From Minisyncoccota bacterium (GTDB lineage Bacteria; Patescibacteriota; Minisyncoccia; Phycocordibacterales; UBA9973), in NCBI GenBank assembly GCA_041667145.1, contig JBAYFP010000003.1, positions 8,424 through 72,423 of the forward strand: a stretch of DNA of 64,000 nt, written 5' to 3'. The translations under genes and the position numbers were made by a program. The notes beneath the pieces were generated by a model. It worked only from the letters and a program-made list of their open reading frames with translations, did not search any database and was not told where the DNA came from. Within the stretch, counting starts at the first letter, position 1. The number at the start of each line of letters is the position of its first letter. Positions 48,988 through 58,620 of the stretch are shown one piece after another.

Positions 48988-50763
48988 TTATTCTGATACA
49001 ACACGAAATACTTCTTCCAAACTCGTATTCCCTAAAACTGCTTGAAAAACACCATCCTCGAGAATCGTCATCATCCCCTCCTTTTTCGCTTGCACCTCTA
49101 TTTCATCTTGAGAACTTCCACGAATAATCATTTCTTTTATAGAAGCCGTCACTTTTAACACTTCATGTATTCCAATACGACTTGCATACCCATCTACTGA
49201 TTCAGCATTCTTCACTGGTTTATAAAATGGAACTGTCGCCCACGTATCTTTTGGTCCTATGACTTTTTCATTTTTTAATAATAAAAGCATACGATCGAGA
49301 TCAATGAGTTTCGCTAAATTTTTCAACTCATCTGTTGATAAAAAATATTTCTCTTTATTCGATACAAGCTTTCGCACTAATCTCTGCGCAATGATAGTTT
49401 TTACTGTCGAAATTATCAAAAATGGCAACACTCCCATATCTATCAATCTTGGGATAGCCCCTGAAGCGGAATTGGTATGTATCGTAGACAATACAAGATG
49501 TCCTGTAAGAGAAGCATTCACTGCGAGCCCTGCTGTCTCTCCATCACGGATCTCTCCGACCATGATGATATCGGGGTCTTGACGCAAAAGAGAACGAAGT
49601 CCATTTGCAAAGGTAAGTCCGATTTCTGGTTTTACTTGAGTTTGGTTCACACGTGGCATTTGATACTCTATCGGATCTTCTACTGTAGAAATATTTACTT
49701 CTGGTCTATTTAGAATTTCAAGAAGAGTATAAAGCGTCGTCGTCTTTCCGCTTCCTGTAGGCCCTGTGGCGAGCACCATACCTATCCTTTGTTTCATAGA
49801 ATCATGAATGCGTTCGAGTCCTTCGCCATGGAAACCAAGTGTCTCGAGAGAATATCCATGCGCCCCTTCTTTTAAGATTCTTATTACTGTCTTTTCACCA
49901 TAAAAAGTCGGAAGAGTAGAAACACGGAAGGAAACCCTTTCTCCATTTTGTTCGATTTTAAATCTGCCGTCTTGAGGCAATCTTTTTTCATCCAATTTTA
50001 AATTCGCCAGCACTTTTATACGAGTTGTTATACCCGGGCCCGCTCCTCTCTCTAGTATCATGGCATCATGTAAAATACCATCGATCCTGTATCTGACAGT
50101 CAATTCATTTTCTCCTGGTTCAATATGAATATCGGAAGCATTTTGCAAGATGGCATGAAAGATTAAAGAGTCTACAATTTTTACCACTGGTAAATCTTCA
50201 GCCAATTCTTTTAGTTCTTCGCCAGTTTTTTCTAAATTTTCTTCACTCTCACCAATCGGAACAGATTTCTTTAAATCATCTTTCAATGAGACAGCTTCCT
50301 TTTGAATAAAATTACTAAAATCAGCTTGCAAACTTTTTCTGTATTGTACAAGAGCTGATTTTATTGAGACACTGTCTGTAAGTCTAGAAAGAATTTTTTC
50401 TCCTGCACGTTTTTTAATAAAATCGATCATCGGAAGATCATCGACATCGAGCATCGCTATTTCAAGCCCTGTATCACTTTTTTTATAAGCAATAATATTA
50501 TGATTTCTAGCTATCGGTTCAGGAATGAGAGAGAGCACAGAAAGATCAATCTTTTTATTAACTAAACTGACAAAAGGTATTCCTAAAACAAATGCTTCCA
50601 TCCTTTTCAAATCAGTTTCAGATATTTTCCCATTTGATAATAAAATATCACCAAGTTTTTGTTTTTTTGTTTCTGCTTCTTTTACTAAACCATCGATATC
50701 AGAACGCGAAACAAGTCCAGATTCTAAAATAACTTTTTTAAATTGCTCCTCATCGATTACCAT
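48988..50763 (-). CDS. pilB: Type IV pilus assembly ATPase PilB/GspE
   Basis: ASDIHIEP, RLPQDGR, TGPTGSGKTTTLY, LRQDPDIIMVGEIRD, TGHLVLSTIH. Confidence 0.95.
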   Translation of the reverse strand: MVIDEEQFKKVILESGLVSRSDIDGLVKEAETKKQKLGDILLSNGKISETDLKRMEAFVLGIPFVSLVNKKIDLSVLSLIPEPIARNHNIIAYKKSDTGLEIAMLDVDDLPMIDFIKKRAGEKILSRLTDSVSIKSALVQYRKSLQADFSNFIQKEAVSLKDDLKKSVPIGESEENLEKTGEELKELAEDLPVVKIVDSLIFHAILQNASDIHIEPGENELTVRYRIDGILHDAMILERGAGPGITTRIKVLANLKLDEKRLPQDGRFKIEQNGERVSFRVSTLPTFYGEKTVIRILKEGAHGYSLETLGFHGEGLERIHDSMKQRIGMVLATGPTGSGKTTTLYTLLEILNRPEVNISTVEDPIEYQMPRVNQTQVKPEIGLTFANGLRSLLRQDPDIIMVGEIRDGETAGLAVNASLTGHLVLSTIHTNSASGAIPRLIDMGVLPFLIISTVKTIIAQRLVRKLVSNKEKYFLSTDELKNLAKLIDLDRMLLLLKNEKVIGPKDTWATVPFYKPVKNAESVDGYASRIGIHEVLKVTASIKEMIIRGSSQDEIEVQAKKEGMMTILEDGVFQAVLGNTSLEEVFRVVSE

Positions 50764-50773
50764 AACTCCATTA

Positions 50774-50809
50774 TATCAAAAAATCCCCCACATGGGGGAT
50801 TTTTTGATA
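50774..50809. terminator. Intrinsic terminator downstream of 50825-53347
   Basis: TATCAAAAAATCCCCC-ACAT-GGGGGATTTTTTGATA. Confidence 0.85.
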
Positions 50810-50824
50810 AATAAATTTTTATTT

Positions 50825-53347
50825 TTACCACTCTAAAAGAACATACCCAGATTTACCATTAGCACCAGTTCCAGCATGAATACCACCAGAAGCACCGACA
50901 CCAAAACCACTACCATTAGTACCAGAGAAAAAAGTCAAACCACCTTTACCAACAACTTCACCTGTAGAACTTGTGCCAGAAATTCCATCTGTACCAGATT
51001 CACCGTCAATTCCATCAACACCAGAAGTGACAGAACCACCAGAACCACCAGAACCAGGAGCAGGGGGATTATTGCCACCTGTCCCCCCAGCCGTACCACC
51101 AGAACCACCTAAGGCAAATACACTCGTTGAAGAATTAGTTACATACACTCCAGCCTTCACTCCAGAATAACCATTCCTTGTAGCAAGACCACCAGAACCA
51201 CCACCACCACTATATATTTGAATCCAATCACCTTCCGTCACAGTAATTTCTCTCTTAAAAATAAATCCACCACCACCACCACCACCACCGGGACCACCGT
51301 TAAATGAACCACTACCAGCATAACCACCACCACCACCACCACCACCACCGGCGACTGCAGTAACCCAAATTTTTGTTACACCGTTGGGTACAATCCATTT
51401 AATGGGCACAGCATAATCTAAAGAACCTTTATAATACAATCTCCCACTTGGTGTCGCTGCTGTCTTTTGTATTGTATCATCAGGAAACTTAAAACCAGAA
51501 AAAGATTTAACATTACCAGTAGCGTCTATTATCATCCTAAGAGAATTAGACATGTTCCCTCCTGTATAAAATCTTATATCACCTTCAGGAGTTAAACTAC
51601 TATTATTATATGCAACAATATTTAATCCCCCTGCGCCACTTGCGTCAAGTAATGCCCCATTTGGAATAGCTATATCACCATTACTGCCAGAAACAAATCC
51701 AGAAGAAAATACATCTAACTGTACAGTAGCTTTATCTGATTCACTTATAATTTGGTTCATAACATTGGGTCCTGTATTTTTGTTTCGAACCGATAATCCA
51801 CCTGTCGTATTTATTTTACCGTTTACTTCCAACTTAGCATTTGGTGCTGTTGTTCCTGTTCCAATCCCAACATTTCCCCCATTAAACAATATATCACCTA
51901 CGTTTGGTATATTATTTTTCGCATTAACATTAACAATTCCAATAACTGTCCCATCAGAACCTGTACAATTGCCAACACTATTATTCGTACATATAGCGCC
52001 ATAAGAATAAATACTATCATTAGCGGCTATACTTTGCGCTCCTAATGCATAATAAGCATTATTTGCCCCAGTTCCACTTCCAGAAGAACCACCAGCAACA
52101 AATAATTTGCTTAGTGGAGCCGTTGTCCCAATTCCAACATTACCTGAACCTTTTATAACTAAAGCGTCACTCGTTATACCACTTGCAAAATTATTAGATG
52201 TTCCAAAATGTAATTCAGAGCCACTTGCTGTCGGCAACATTGCTATTTTTGCTATTGGTGTAGAATTTAATGAATATCTAAATGAAATAGTTGAATAATT
52301 ATTAATAGTACCTCCAGAAATTTTTAATATTCCAGAATTCACAGTATTACCTAAAAACGAGGTCTCTCCGCTCGTATCAGTAAGCTCTAATTTCGCAGTT
52401 GGATTAGTATTTCCTATCCCCACATCCCCACCAGCATTGTAATAAATATTCGTCCCATTCGTCGTCCATTGACTAGCTACTACTGCACTTGGCGTGACCC
52501 ACGTCGGCACACCAGCACCATTTGATTGCAATACCTGACCTGCAGTACCAGCCAAACCACCTGGCATAAGTGCACCAGAGAATTTAATATTTCCAACAAC
52601 ATCTAATTTTTCTGCAGGCTCTATTGTCCCAATACCAAAATTCGCACCATTATTAATATAACTTTTTATACCTACCCCTCCTAAAAAATTATTATTAGGA
52701 CCTGTAGTGTTACCTGTACCAAAAATCGCCAAGCCCAACCCGGACTTTCGGATATACATATTCTGCCCAACAGTATCAGAAAAAACTAAATTAGGAGACA
52801 AAACACTAGAAGCTGTATTGTTCTTTAAAATAAAGGCAGCTGTATAATCACTACTTATAGATTTAATAGTACCTAAAGCATCCACATTTCCATTGACATA
52901 CAATTTTGCTGTACCTGCATCATTTGCACCAATAGCCACACCGCCATTATTTGCAGTATATCCCCCAGGATAAATTGCTAAGTCTCCATTCCAAGCACCC
53001 ATATCAACAATTCCAGGAGTATCTCCTGTTCTTTCTAGTCGCAACTGTACACCCAAGTTTTCAGCCGATACATGTAATTTTGCTGCGGGGATTGTTGCTG
53101 TTACTTCACCAGTTCCAATACCAACCTTCCCGTCAAAAACCGCAGTTGTAAAAGATTTAAAACCATTGACAGCAAAAGCACCATCTTTTTGTTGGGGAAC
53201 AGTACCTGCATTTATTGGAGGATTAATATCACCTCCAGTTGGAGATGTGAGTGGAGCACTGTAACCTGCAGCAAAAATTTGTATTGATAAAGCAAACAAT
53301 GCCAACACTAGAACTGATTTTAAAATTACTTTTATTTTTTGACTCAT
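50825..53347 (-). CDS. Secreted fibre/adhesin-like protein with GNVGIGT repeats and Gly-rich C-terminal domain
   Basis: Signal peptide, P..SP..G...PPIN N-terminal motif, several G.VGIG.T.P..KL.V units, W.VP.GVTKIWV...GGGGGG..G.VLLEW. Confidence 0.75.
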   Translation of the reverse strand: MSQKIKVILKSVLVLALFALSIQIFAAGYSAPLTSPTGGDINPPINAGTVPQQKDGAFAVNGFKSFTTAVFDGKVGIGTGEVTATIPAAKLHVSAENLGVQLRLERTGDTPGIVDMGAWNGDLAIYPGGYTANNGGVAIGANDAGTAKLYVNGNVDALGTIKSISSDYTAAFILKNNTASSVLSPNLVFSDTVGQNMYIRKSGLGLAIFGTGNTTGPNNNFLGGVGIKSYINNGANFGIGTIEPAEKLDVVGNIKFSGALMPGGLAGTAGQVLQSNGAGVPTWVTPSAVVASQWTTNGTNIYYNAGGDVGIGNTNPTAKLELTDTSGETSFLGNTVNSGILKISGGTINNYSTISFRYSLNSTPIAKIAMLPTASGSELHFGTSNNFASGITSDALVIKGSGNVGIGTTAPLSKLFVAGGSSGSGTGANNAYYALGAQSIAANDSIYSYGAICTNNSVGNCTGSDGTVIGIVNVNAKNNIPNVGDILFNGGNVGIGTGTTAPNAKLEVNGKINTTGGLSVRNKNTGPNVMNQIISESDKATVQLDVFSSGFVSGSNGDIAIPNGALLDASGAGGLNIVAYNNSSLTPEGDIRFYTGGNMSNSLRMIIDATGNVKSFSGFKFPDDTIQKTAATPSGRLYYKGSLDYAVPIKWIVPNGVTKIWVTAVAGGGGGGGGGYAGSGSFNGGPGGGGGGGGFIFKREITVTEGDWIQIYSGGGGSGGLATRNGYSGVKAGVYVTNSSTSVFALGGSGGTAGGTGGNNPPAPGSGGSGGSVTSGVDGIDGESGTDGISGTSSTGEVVGKGGLTFFSGTNGSGFGVGASGGIHAGTGANGKSGYVLLEW

Positions 53348-53393
53348 AATTTTTAATTAATTAATAAATTTATCTAATAATTATACTACTTTT

Positions 53394-54347
53394 TTAATGT
53401 TCTATATATGTTGGAATTTTAGTATCAACAGGGTCTGGTATTGGGATAATACACTCTTCCGGTTTTGGATCAGCATCACAATATTCTGGTGGTTTTCGCA
53501 AGAGGAAAACTGGATCTGCATTAATAATTTTACTATTTAAATTATCAAAACAATGTAAATCGTATTTTACTGGACTCTCGCTAACAGGGACAATAACTAT
53601 TTTAGAAGAGGAACTACCCAACGCAGGAGCATCCTCTACATCTCCATCCCAAGAAATATCACTAGAAGTATTTGAAGCTTTACAATCAGTCAATTTACTA
53701 CTTGTCATTGAACTCCAACTAAGTTTATTTTTATATAAAGGAGGGTAAGAGTAAGTAACTGGTGCTGAATTAAAATTAATCATTGAGGTACCAGCAATTT
53801 TCATCACAACTTTACTAAAATCAATCCATCCGACAATATCAGGACCACCCCAAGCATAGCTATCCGCTGTTTGATTTAATTTAACTCCATAATTTGCTCC
53901 ACTTAAACTAACCCACCCATCCCATCCACCAGTAGCAGTCGTTGGCAATAAAGCACCAGAACATCCAGATGCAAATACTGAACAAAATCTTGCCCAACCG
54001 ACGAGATTATTACCCTCTTTTCGTGCAGAACATATACCTGAAGGACAACCAGTGAGTTCATTACTATTGAAACTCAACCAGCCATAATTAGAAGACCACG
54101 CATAACCAGAAACATCCCCAGATAGATCAATATTTACACCATAATCTGCAATACCACAATTCCCAGTAGAAACACAATTATTAAAAGAAAGCCAACCCAT
54201 ACCACCCCCCTCACTATCAGCTGACCACCCATATCCTGAAACATTTTGTAAAACACTTGAATCTACTGGATGGTTAAAACCAAAATAAACAGAAAAAATC
54301 AAAATCGTAACACTCACTATAAGAAAATTTTTAAAATTATTTTTCAT
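53394..54347 (-). CDS. Secreted protein with GYAWS..GWLSF repeats
   Basis: VSGYGWS, GWLSF, SGYAWSSNYGWLSF, GWDGWVSLSG, YAWG..VGWIDF. Confidence 0.7.
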   Translation of the reverse strand: MKNNFKNFLIVSVTILIFSVYFGFNHPVDSSVLQNVSGYGWSADSEGGGMGWLSFNNCVSTGNCGIADYGVNIDLSGDVSGYAWSSNYGWLSFNSNELTGCPSGICSARKEGNNLVGWARFCSVFASGCSGALLPTTATGGWDGWVSLSGANYGVKLNQTADSYAWGGPDIVGWIDFSKVVMKIAGTSMINFNSAPVTYSYPPLYKNKLSWSSMTSSKLTDCKASNTSSDISWDGDVEDAPALGSSSSKIVIVPVSESPVKYDLHCFDNLNSKIINADPVFLLRKPPEYCDADPKPEECIIPIPDPVDTKIPTYIEH

Positions 54348-54353
54348 AAACTT

Positions 54354-54782
54354 CTATGGTTTAAAATTATTTAATGAATTTAATATATCATTTTGATTTA
54401 TGTCTGGTGCTTTAAAAGAATTTAAGTCGTTCATTACTTCTGCTTCAGTTTTTGGCTTAGTTTGAGTTTTTGATTTTACACCAACATTCGAAGAGTTATC
54501 GTCTACTGTACCGGTAGTTGTAGAAAGAACAGTCGGAGCCTTAAATGAATTTAGTTCTTTTGTTACTTCCGTTTCAGTTTTCACATTGGCTGGATCTAAC
54601 TTAAAACTATTAAGTTCAGTCATCACTGCTTCTTGGCGCAACTGCTCAGCAGTTTTTTGCTCAGCTGTCCTCTCTTCCGTATTCTTCGTAAGATTTTGAT
54701 TTTCAATATATAAGTAAACACCGACAGCACAGGAGATAACTACCAAAAACAAAACTAGTAAAATAATATTTTTCCTAGACAT
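54354..54782 (-). CDS. Membrane-anchored protein with four LNSFK.P repeats
   Basis: N-terminal TM; VMTELNSFK, VTKELNSFK, VMNDLNSFK, ILNSLNNFK. Confidence 0.6.
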   Translation of the reverse strand: MSRKNIILLVLFLVVISCAVGVYLYIENQNLTKNTEERTAEQKTAEQLRQEAVMTELNSFKLDPANVKTETEVTKELNSFKAPTVLSTTTGTVDDNSSNVGVKSKTQTKPKTEAEVMNDLNSFKAPDINQNDILNSLNNFKP

Positions 54783-54849
54783 ATCATTTATTATACAACA
54801 TTAAAATATATAAAGGAAAGAAATAGAAGATGTGGATAAGTAAAAAGTA

Positions 54850-54878
54850 TTGCAAAAAAAGACAATAAGTGCTATATT
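54850..54878 (+). promoter_or_regulatory. Sigma70 promoter for nusA
   Basis: TTGCAA-17 nt-(TGc)TATATT. Confidence 0.7.
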
Positions 54879-54888
54879 GTCAATATAT

Positions 54889-54917
54889 GAGTCCTGTCGC
54901 AACAGGGCTTTTTTATT
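54889..54917 (+). terminator. Leader terminator/attenuator ahead of nusA
   Basis: GAGTCCTGT-CGCA-ACAGGGCTT-TTTTATT, a few nt after the predicted TSS. Confidence 0.7.
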
Positions 54918-54949
54918 AAAATAATGAGCAAAGCGAATATATTTTAAAA

Positions 54950-55011
54950 ACCCTGTTAAATAGCTTTTGTTTAACAAAAGCTAAAATTTAAAAAATTTTA
55001 TTTAACAGGGT
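54950..55011. repeat. Branched two-loop palindromic element (same end family as the tatD insert)
   Basis: ACCCTGTTAAAT [AGCTTTTGT-TTA-ACAAAAGCT][AAAATTT-AAA-AAATTTT] ATTTAACAGGGT. Confidence 0.85.
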
Positions 55012-55052
55012 AAAGATTTTTATACTCACTATATGTTCGTTAAAAATCATTT

Positions 55053-56213
55053 ATGTTAGACATAAAAACATTCAAATCGGCTTTAGAGCAACTTGAAGAA
55101 GAGAAGAAAATTCCAAAAGAAAAAATATTAGACGCCATAGAGCAGGCCATGGCTGCTGCCTATAAAAAAGATTACGGCAAAAAAGGACAAATCATCCGAG
55201 CTAAATTTGATTTGGAAACTGGTAAAACAGATTTTTTTCAAATAAAAATAGTAGTCGATGACACTATTGCAAAAGTAGTTGATGAAAAAGAGGATGACAA
55301 GGAATATTCAGTAAAAGATGAAGCCGATGAACGTGTACGTTTCAATGGAGAACATCATATAATGCTCGAAGATGCGAAAAAAATAAAAAAGAATGTAGAA
55401 CTCAATGATGAAGTTGTCTTCCCTCTCGAGTCAAAAGAAGACTATGGACGTATCGCAGCTCAGACGGCCAAACAAGTCATCATTCAAAGAATTCGTGAAG
55501 CAGAAAGGACATCTATCATAGATGAATATGGCACAAAAGAAGGAGAAATAGTTACAGGTATCGTTCAAAAAATAGAAAGAGGCAATGTATATGTAGACTT
55601 CAATCGCGCAACGGGAATATTACCAGCTGAAGAACAAATCCCTGGAGAATTTTTCCAGAGAGGTCAACGTGTACGGGCTTATTTATATTCAGTAGAAGAT
55701 ACTCAAAGAGGCATCAATCTTCGCCTTTCTCGCAGTCATCCTAAGTTTATCGAAAAACTTTTTGCTATTGAAGCTCCAGAAATAGAAAATGGAACAGTAG
55801 AAATAAAATCTATCGCGAGAGAGGCTGGTGCCCGTTCAAAAATAGCAGTACATTCAAATGATGAACACATTGACCCTGTCGGTTCATGCGTCGGACAGAA
55901 AGGAACTCGTGTAAATACTATTACTCAAGAGCTTCTAGGAGAAAAAATAGACATCATCCCTTGGTCTGAAGACCCAAAAGAATTTGTCTCAAATTCTATC
56001 TCACCAGCCAAAGTGCTTTCAATAGAAATAGATGAAAAGGAACATAAAGCTGTAATAGAAGTCGCAGATGATCAACTTTCTCTAGCTATCGGAAAAGGTG
56101 GACAAAATGTACGTCTCGCAGCTAAGCTCACTGGGTGGAGAATAGATATCAAAGGCAATGGCAAAGAAGTCGCCACTACTGACGGAGAAAAAGTAGAAGT
56201 CAAAGAGGACTAA
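55053..56213 (+). CDS. nusA: Transcription termination factor NusA
   Basis: GRIAAQTAKQVIIQRIREAER, LSRSHP, AREAG.RSKIAV, AIGKGGQNVRLAAKLTGWRIDI. Confidence 0.98.
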   Translation: MLDIKTFKSALEQLEEEKKIPKEKILDAIEQAMAAAYKKDYGKKGQIIRAKFDLETGKTDFFQIKIVVDDTIAKVVDEKEDDKEYSVKDEADERVRFNGEHHIMLEDAKKIKKNVELNDEVVFPLESKEDYGRIAAQTAKQVIIQRIREAERTSIIDEYGTKEGEIVTGIVQKIERGNVYVDFNRATGILPAEEQIPGEFFQRGQRVRAYLYSVEDTQRGINLRLSRSHPKFIEKLFAIEAPEIENGTVEIKSIAREAGARSKIAVHSNDEHIDPVGSCVGQKGTRVNTITQELLGEKIDIIPWSEDPKEFVSNSISPAKVLSIEIDEKEHKAVIEVADDQLSLAIGKGGQNVRLAAKLTGWRIDIKGNGKEVATTDGEKVEVKED

Positions 56214-56249
56214 AAACTGCAAAAATCGTTTTTATGAATTTTTTTGCAT

Positions 56250-56363
56250 AAAAACAAAAAGGAGATACTTTTAAAGGGGTTTCGAGCGCGACGGCGCGAG
56301 AATTTCAGGATTTTTTAAGCTTCAAAAAATCCGTACCGGCTAAAAGTATCTCTTTTTGTTTTT
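56250..56363. repeat. Long-arm hairpin element between convergent nusA and hppA
   Basis: AAAAACAAAAAGGAGATACTTTTA / TAAAAGTATCTCTTTTTGTTTTT; core hairpins GCGC-GACG-GCGC and GGATTTTTT..AAAAAATCC. Confidence 0.85.
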
Positions 56364-56368
56364 TTAAA

Positions 56369-58399
56369 CTACATGAACAAAGCTACTAGTGCGAGAGAAA
56401 GAGTTCCTAGCAATTTTACCAACACGTGTAGAGAAGGACCAGATGTATCTTTGAATGGATCACCGACAGTATCTCCTGTGACAGCTGCTTTATGAGCTTC
56501 ACTACCCTTTCCGCCTAGATTCCCCATTTCAATATATTTTTTAGCATTGTCCCAAGCTCCACCAGCATTGTTCATAAGAGTAGCAAGGAGAATACCAGCG
56601 ATAGTACCTACCATGATGAGTCCCGCCTCTGCTTCTGCTTTCATAAATACTCCGACGAGTATAGGCACAGCAACAGCGAGTACTCCTGGTAAAATCATTT
56701 CTCTTAAGGCTGCTTTAGTGGTGATATCTACGCATGCTGCGTAATCAGGTTTACTCGTTCCTGCCATTATTCCTGAATCAGCTTTAAATTGACGTCGAAC
56801 TTCTTCAACAATTTTTCCTGCTGCTTTTCCTACGGCCATCATTGTAAGACCAGAGAAAAAGAAAACTAACATTGCTCCTATCAATGCAGCAACGAAAACT
56901 TCTACTTTTGCTAAGTCTACAGTAGCAATTCCTGCCTCTTGTAAAAATGCTGAGAAAAGTAAAAAGGCTGCAAGTGCTGCACTACCCATGGCATATCCTT
57001 TAGTCAAAGCCTTTGTAGTATTTCCTGCAGAATCAAGTTTGTCTGTCCTTTGTCTTACTGCTTCTGACGCACCAGACATTTCAACTATTCCACCTGCATT
57101 ATCTGTGATTGGTCCAAATGTATCCATGGCAAGAACATATGCAGCAGTAGCTAACATTCCCATAGTAGCGACAGCTGTACCATAAAGTCCTCCTGAAGCA
57201 AAACCTGTCATCGCTCCTAATTTAAATGAACAGAGAAGGGCTGCAGAAATAGTGACGACAGTTGCTGCTGTACATTCAAAGCCTACAGAAAGTCCTGCGA
57301 TAATATTCGTAGCATGCCCAGTCTTAGAAGCGTTTGCAATGGACTGCACAGGTCTGTATTTGTGTTCTGTATAATATTGAGTGATAAATACAAAGGCAAT
57401 ACTTGCGACGATACCTACCAACCCTGCGTAAAAGAATAATACATTACCTAACATATCCATCGTGACGAAATAGAAAGCGACAGTAGCCAAAGCACAAGTG
57501 ACAAAATATCCTTTATTTAAAGCTTTCAATGGCTCATCTTCCTCTTTTGCCTTAGCAAACATTACTCCGATAATAGCCGCAAGTAATCCAAAACCTCTGA
57601 TAACTAATGGGAAAATAATACCGTTAATTCCAAAATGAGGGAAAAGAGCAACACCTAAAATCATTGCTCCGATATTTTCTGCTGCAGTTGATTCAAAAAG
57701 ATCTGCTCCACGGCCTGCGCAATCTCCGACATTGTCTCCGACTAAGTCAGCAATAACGGCTGGATTTCTTGCATCGTCTTCAGGAATTCCTGCTTCAACT
57801 TTACCGACTAAATCTGCTCCGACATCTGCTGCCTTTGTGTAAATTCCTCCTCCGAGCTGAGCAAAAAGTGCCACCAAGCTAGCTCCAAAACCGAAACCGA
57901 CGAGTAAGGCTGGAATTTGTATTGCTGTATATCCCAATAATCCATAAATATAATAAAGTCCTGTGATACCTATCAAACTCAAAGCAACTATAGTAATTCC
58001 AGAAACTGCTCCGGCTCTTAAAGCAATAGTCAATGCTTTACTCAAGCTCGTTTGTGCCGCAGAAGCCGTTCTGATGTTTGACCTGACAGAGATCCACATA
58101 CCGACAAGACCAGAAAGTCCTGAGAGGGCAGCACCTAAAAGAAAAGCGAGTCCGACTTGAAGACCTGCCTCAGGTTTTCCATTTAAAGCATAAACTCCGT
58201 AAAGTAATAATGCTAAACAAACAGCCATAATGCCAATGGTCTTATATTGTCTTTTTAAAAACGCATTTGCACCCTTTTTGATAGCTTCATAAATTTCCTG
58301 CATTTTTAATGTACCCATATCTTGTTTTTTAATCCAATAAACGAGATATCCGGCAAAAAGTAAAGCAAGAAGAGATATAATAAATGAAGTTAATAACAT
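56369..58399 (-). CDS. hppA: Membrane H+-translocating pyrophosphatase, K+-independent type
   Basis: GGGIYTKAADVGADLVGKVE, DNVGD, DNAGGI, GNTTKA (Lys), GDTVGDPFKDT. Confidence 0.95.
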   Translation of the reverse strand: MLLTSFIISLLALLFAGYLVYWIKKQDMGTLKMQEIYEAIKKGANAFLKRQYKTIGIMAVCLALLLYGVYALNGKPEAGLQVGLAFLLGAALSGLSGLVGMWISVRSNIRTASAAQTSLSKALTIALRAGAVSGITIVALSLIGITGLYYIYGLLGYTAIQIPALLVGFGFGASLVALFAQLGGGIYTKAADVGADLVGKVEAGIPEDDARNPAVIADLVGDNVGDCAGRGADLFESTAAENIGAMILGVALFPHFGINGIIFPLVIRGFGLLAAIIGVMFAKAKEEDEPLKALNKGYFVTCALATVAFYFVTMDMLGNVLFFYAGLVGIVASIAFVFITQYYTEHKYRPVQSIANASKTGHATNIIAGLSVGFECTAATVVTISAALLCSFKLGAMTGFASGGLYGTAVATMGMLATAAYVLAMDTFGPITDNAGGIVEMSGASEAVRQRTDKLDSAGNTTKALTKGYAMGSAALAAFLLFSAFLQEAGIATVDLAKVEVFVAALIGAMLVFFFSGLTMMAVGKAAGKIVEEVRRQFKADSGIMAGTSKPDYAACVDITTKAALREMILPGVLAVAVPILVGVFMKAEAEAGLIMVGTIAGILLATLMNNAGGAWDNAKKYIEMGNLGGKGSEAHKAAVTGDTVGDPFKDTSGPSLHVLVKLLGTLSLALVALFM

Positions 58400-58620
58400 A
58401 AATTTTTAATAAATTAACCCGACGCTAAAAAGCGGGGTAAGCTAATAATAAATAATAAAAAAAATTATAGATCTTCGACTTTCTATAATTAATTAACCAG
58501 AAATAACTATAACTGAATATCTGCCAAAAAGCAAACAAAAATAGGTTGATTTTCATTAATTTGGTATAATAGAGTTAGGTCAAATTATTAGTTAATAAAA
58601 AAATTAAAATATAAAAAATT

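Noticed and set aside
51190-51350. ACC triplet runs as a DGR or phase-variation tract
   Set aside because: They encode poly-Gly; no reverse transcriptase or TR/VR pair is in the window.
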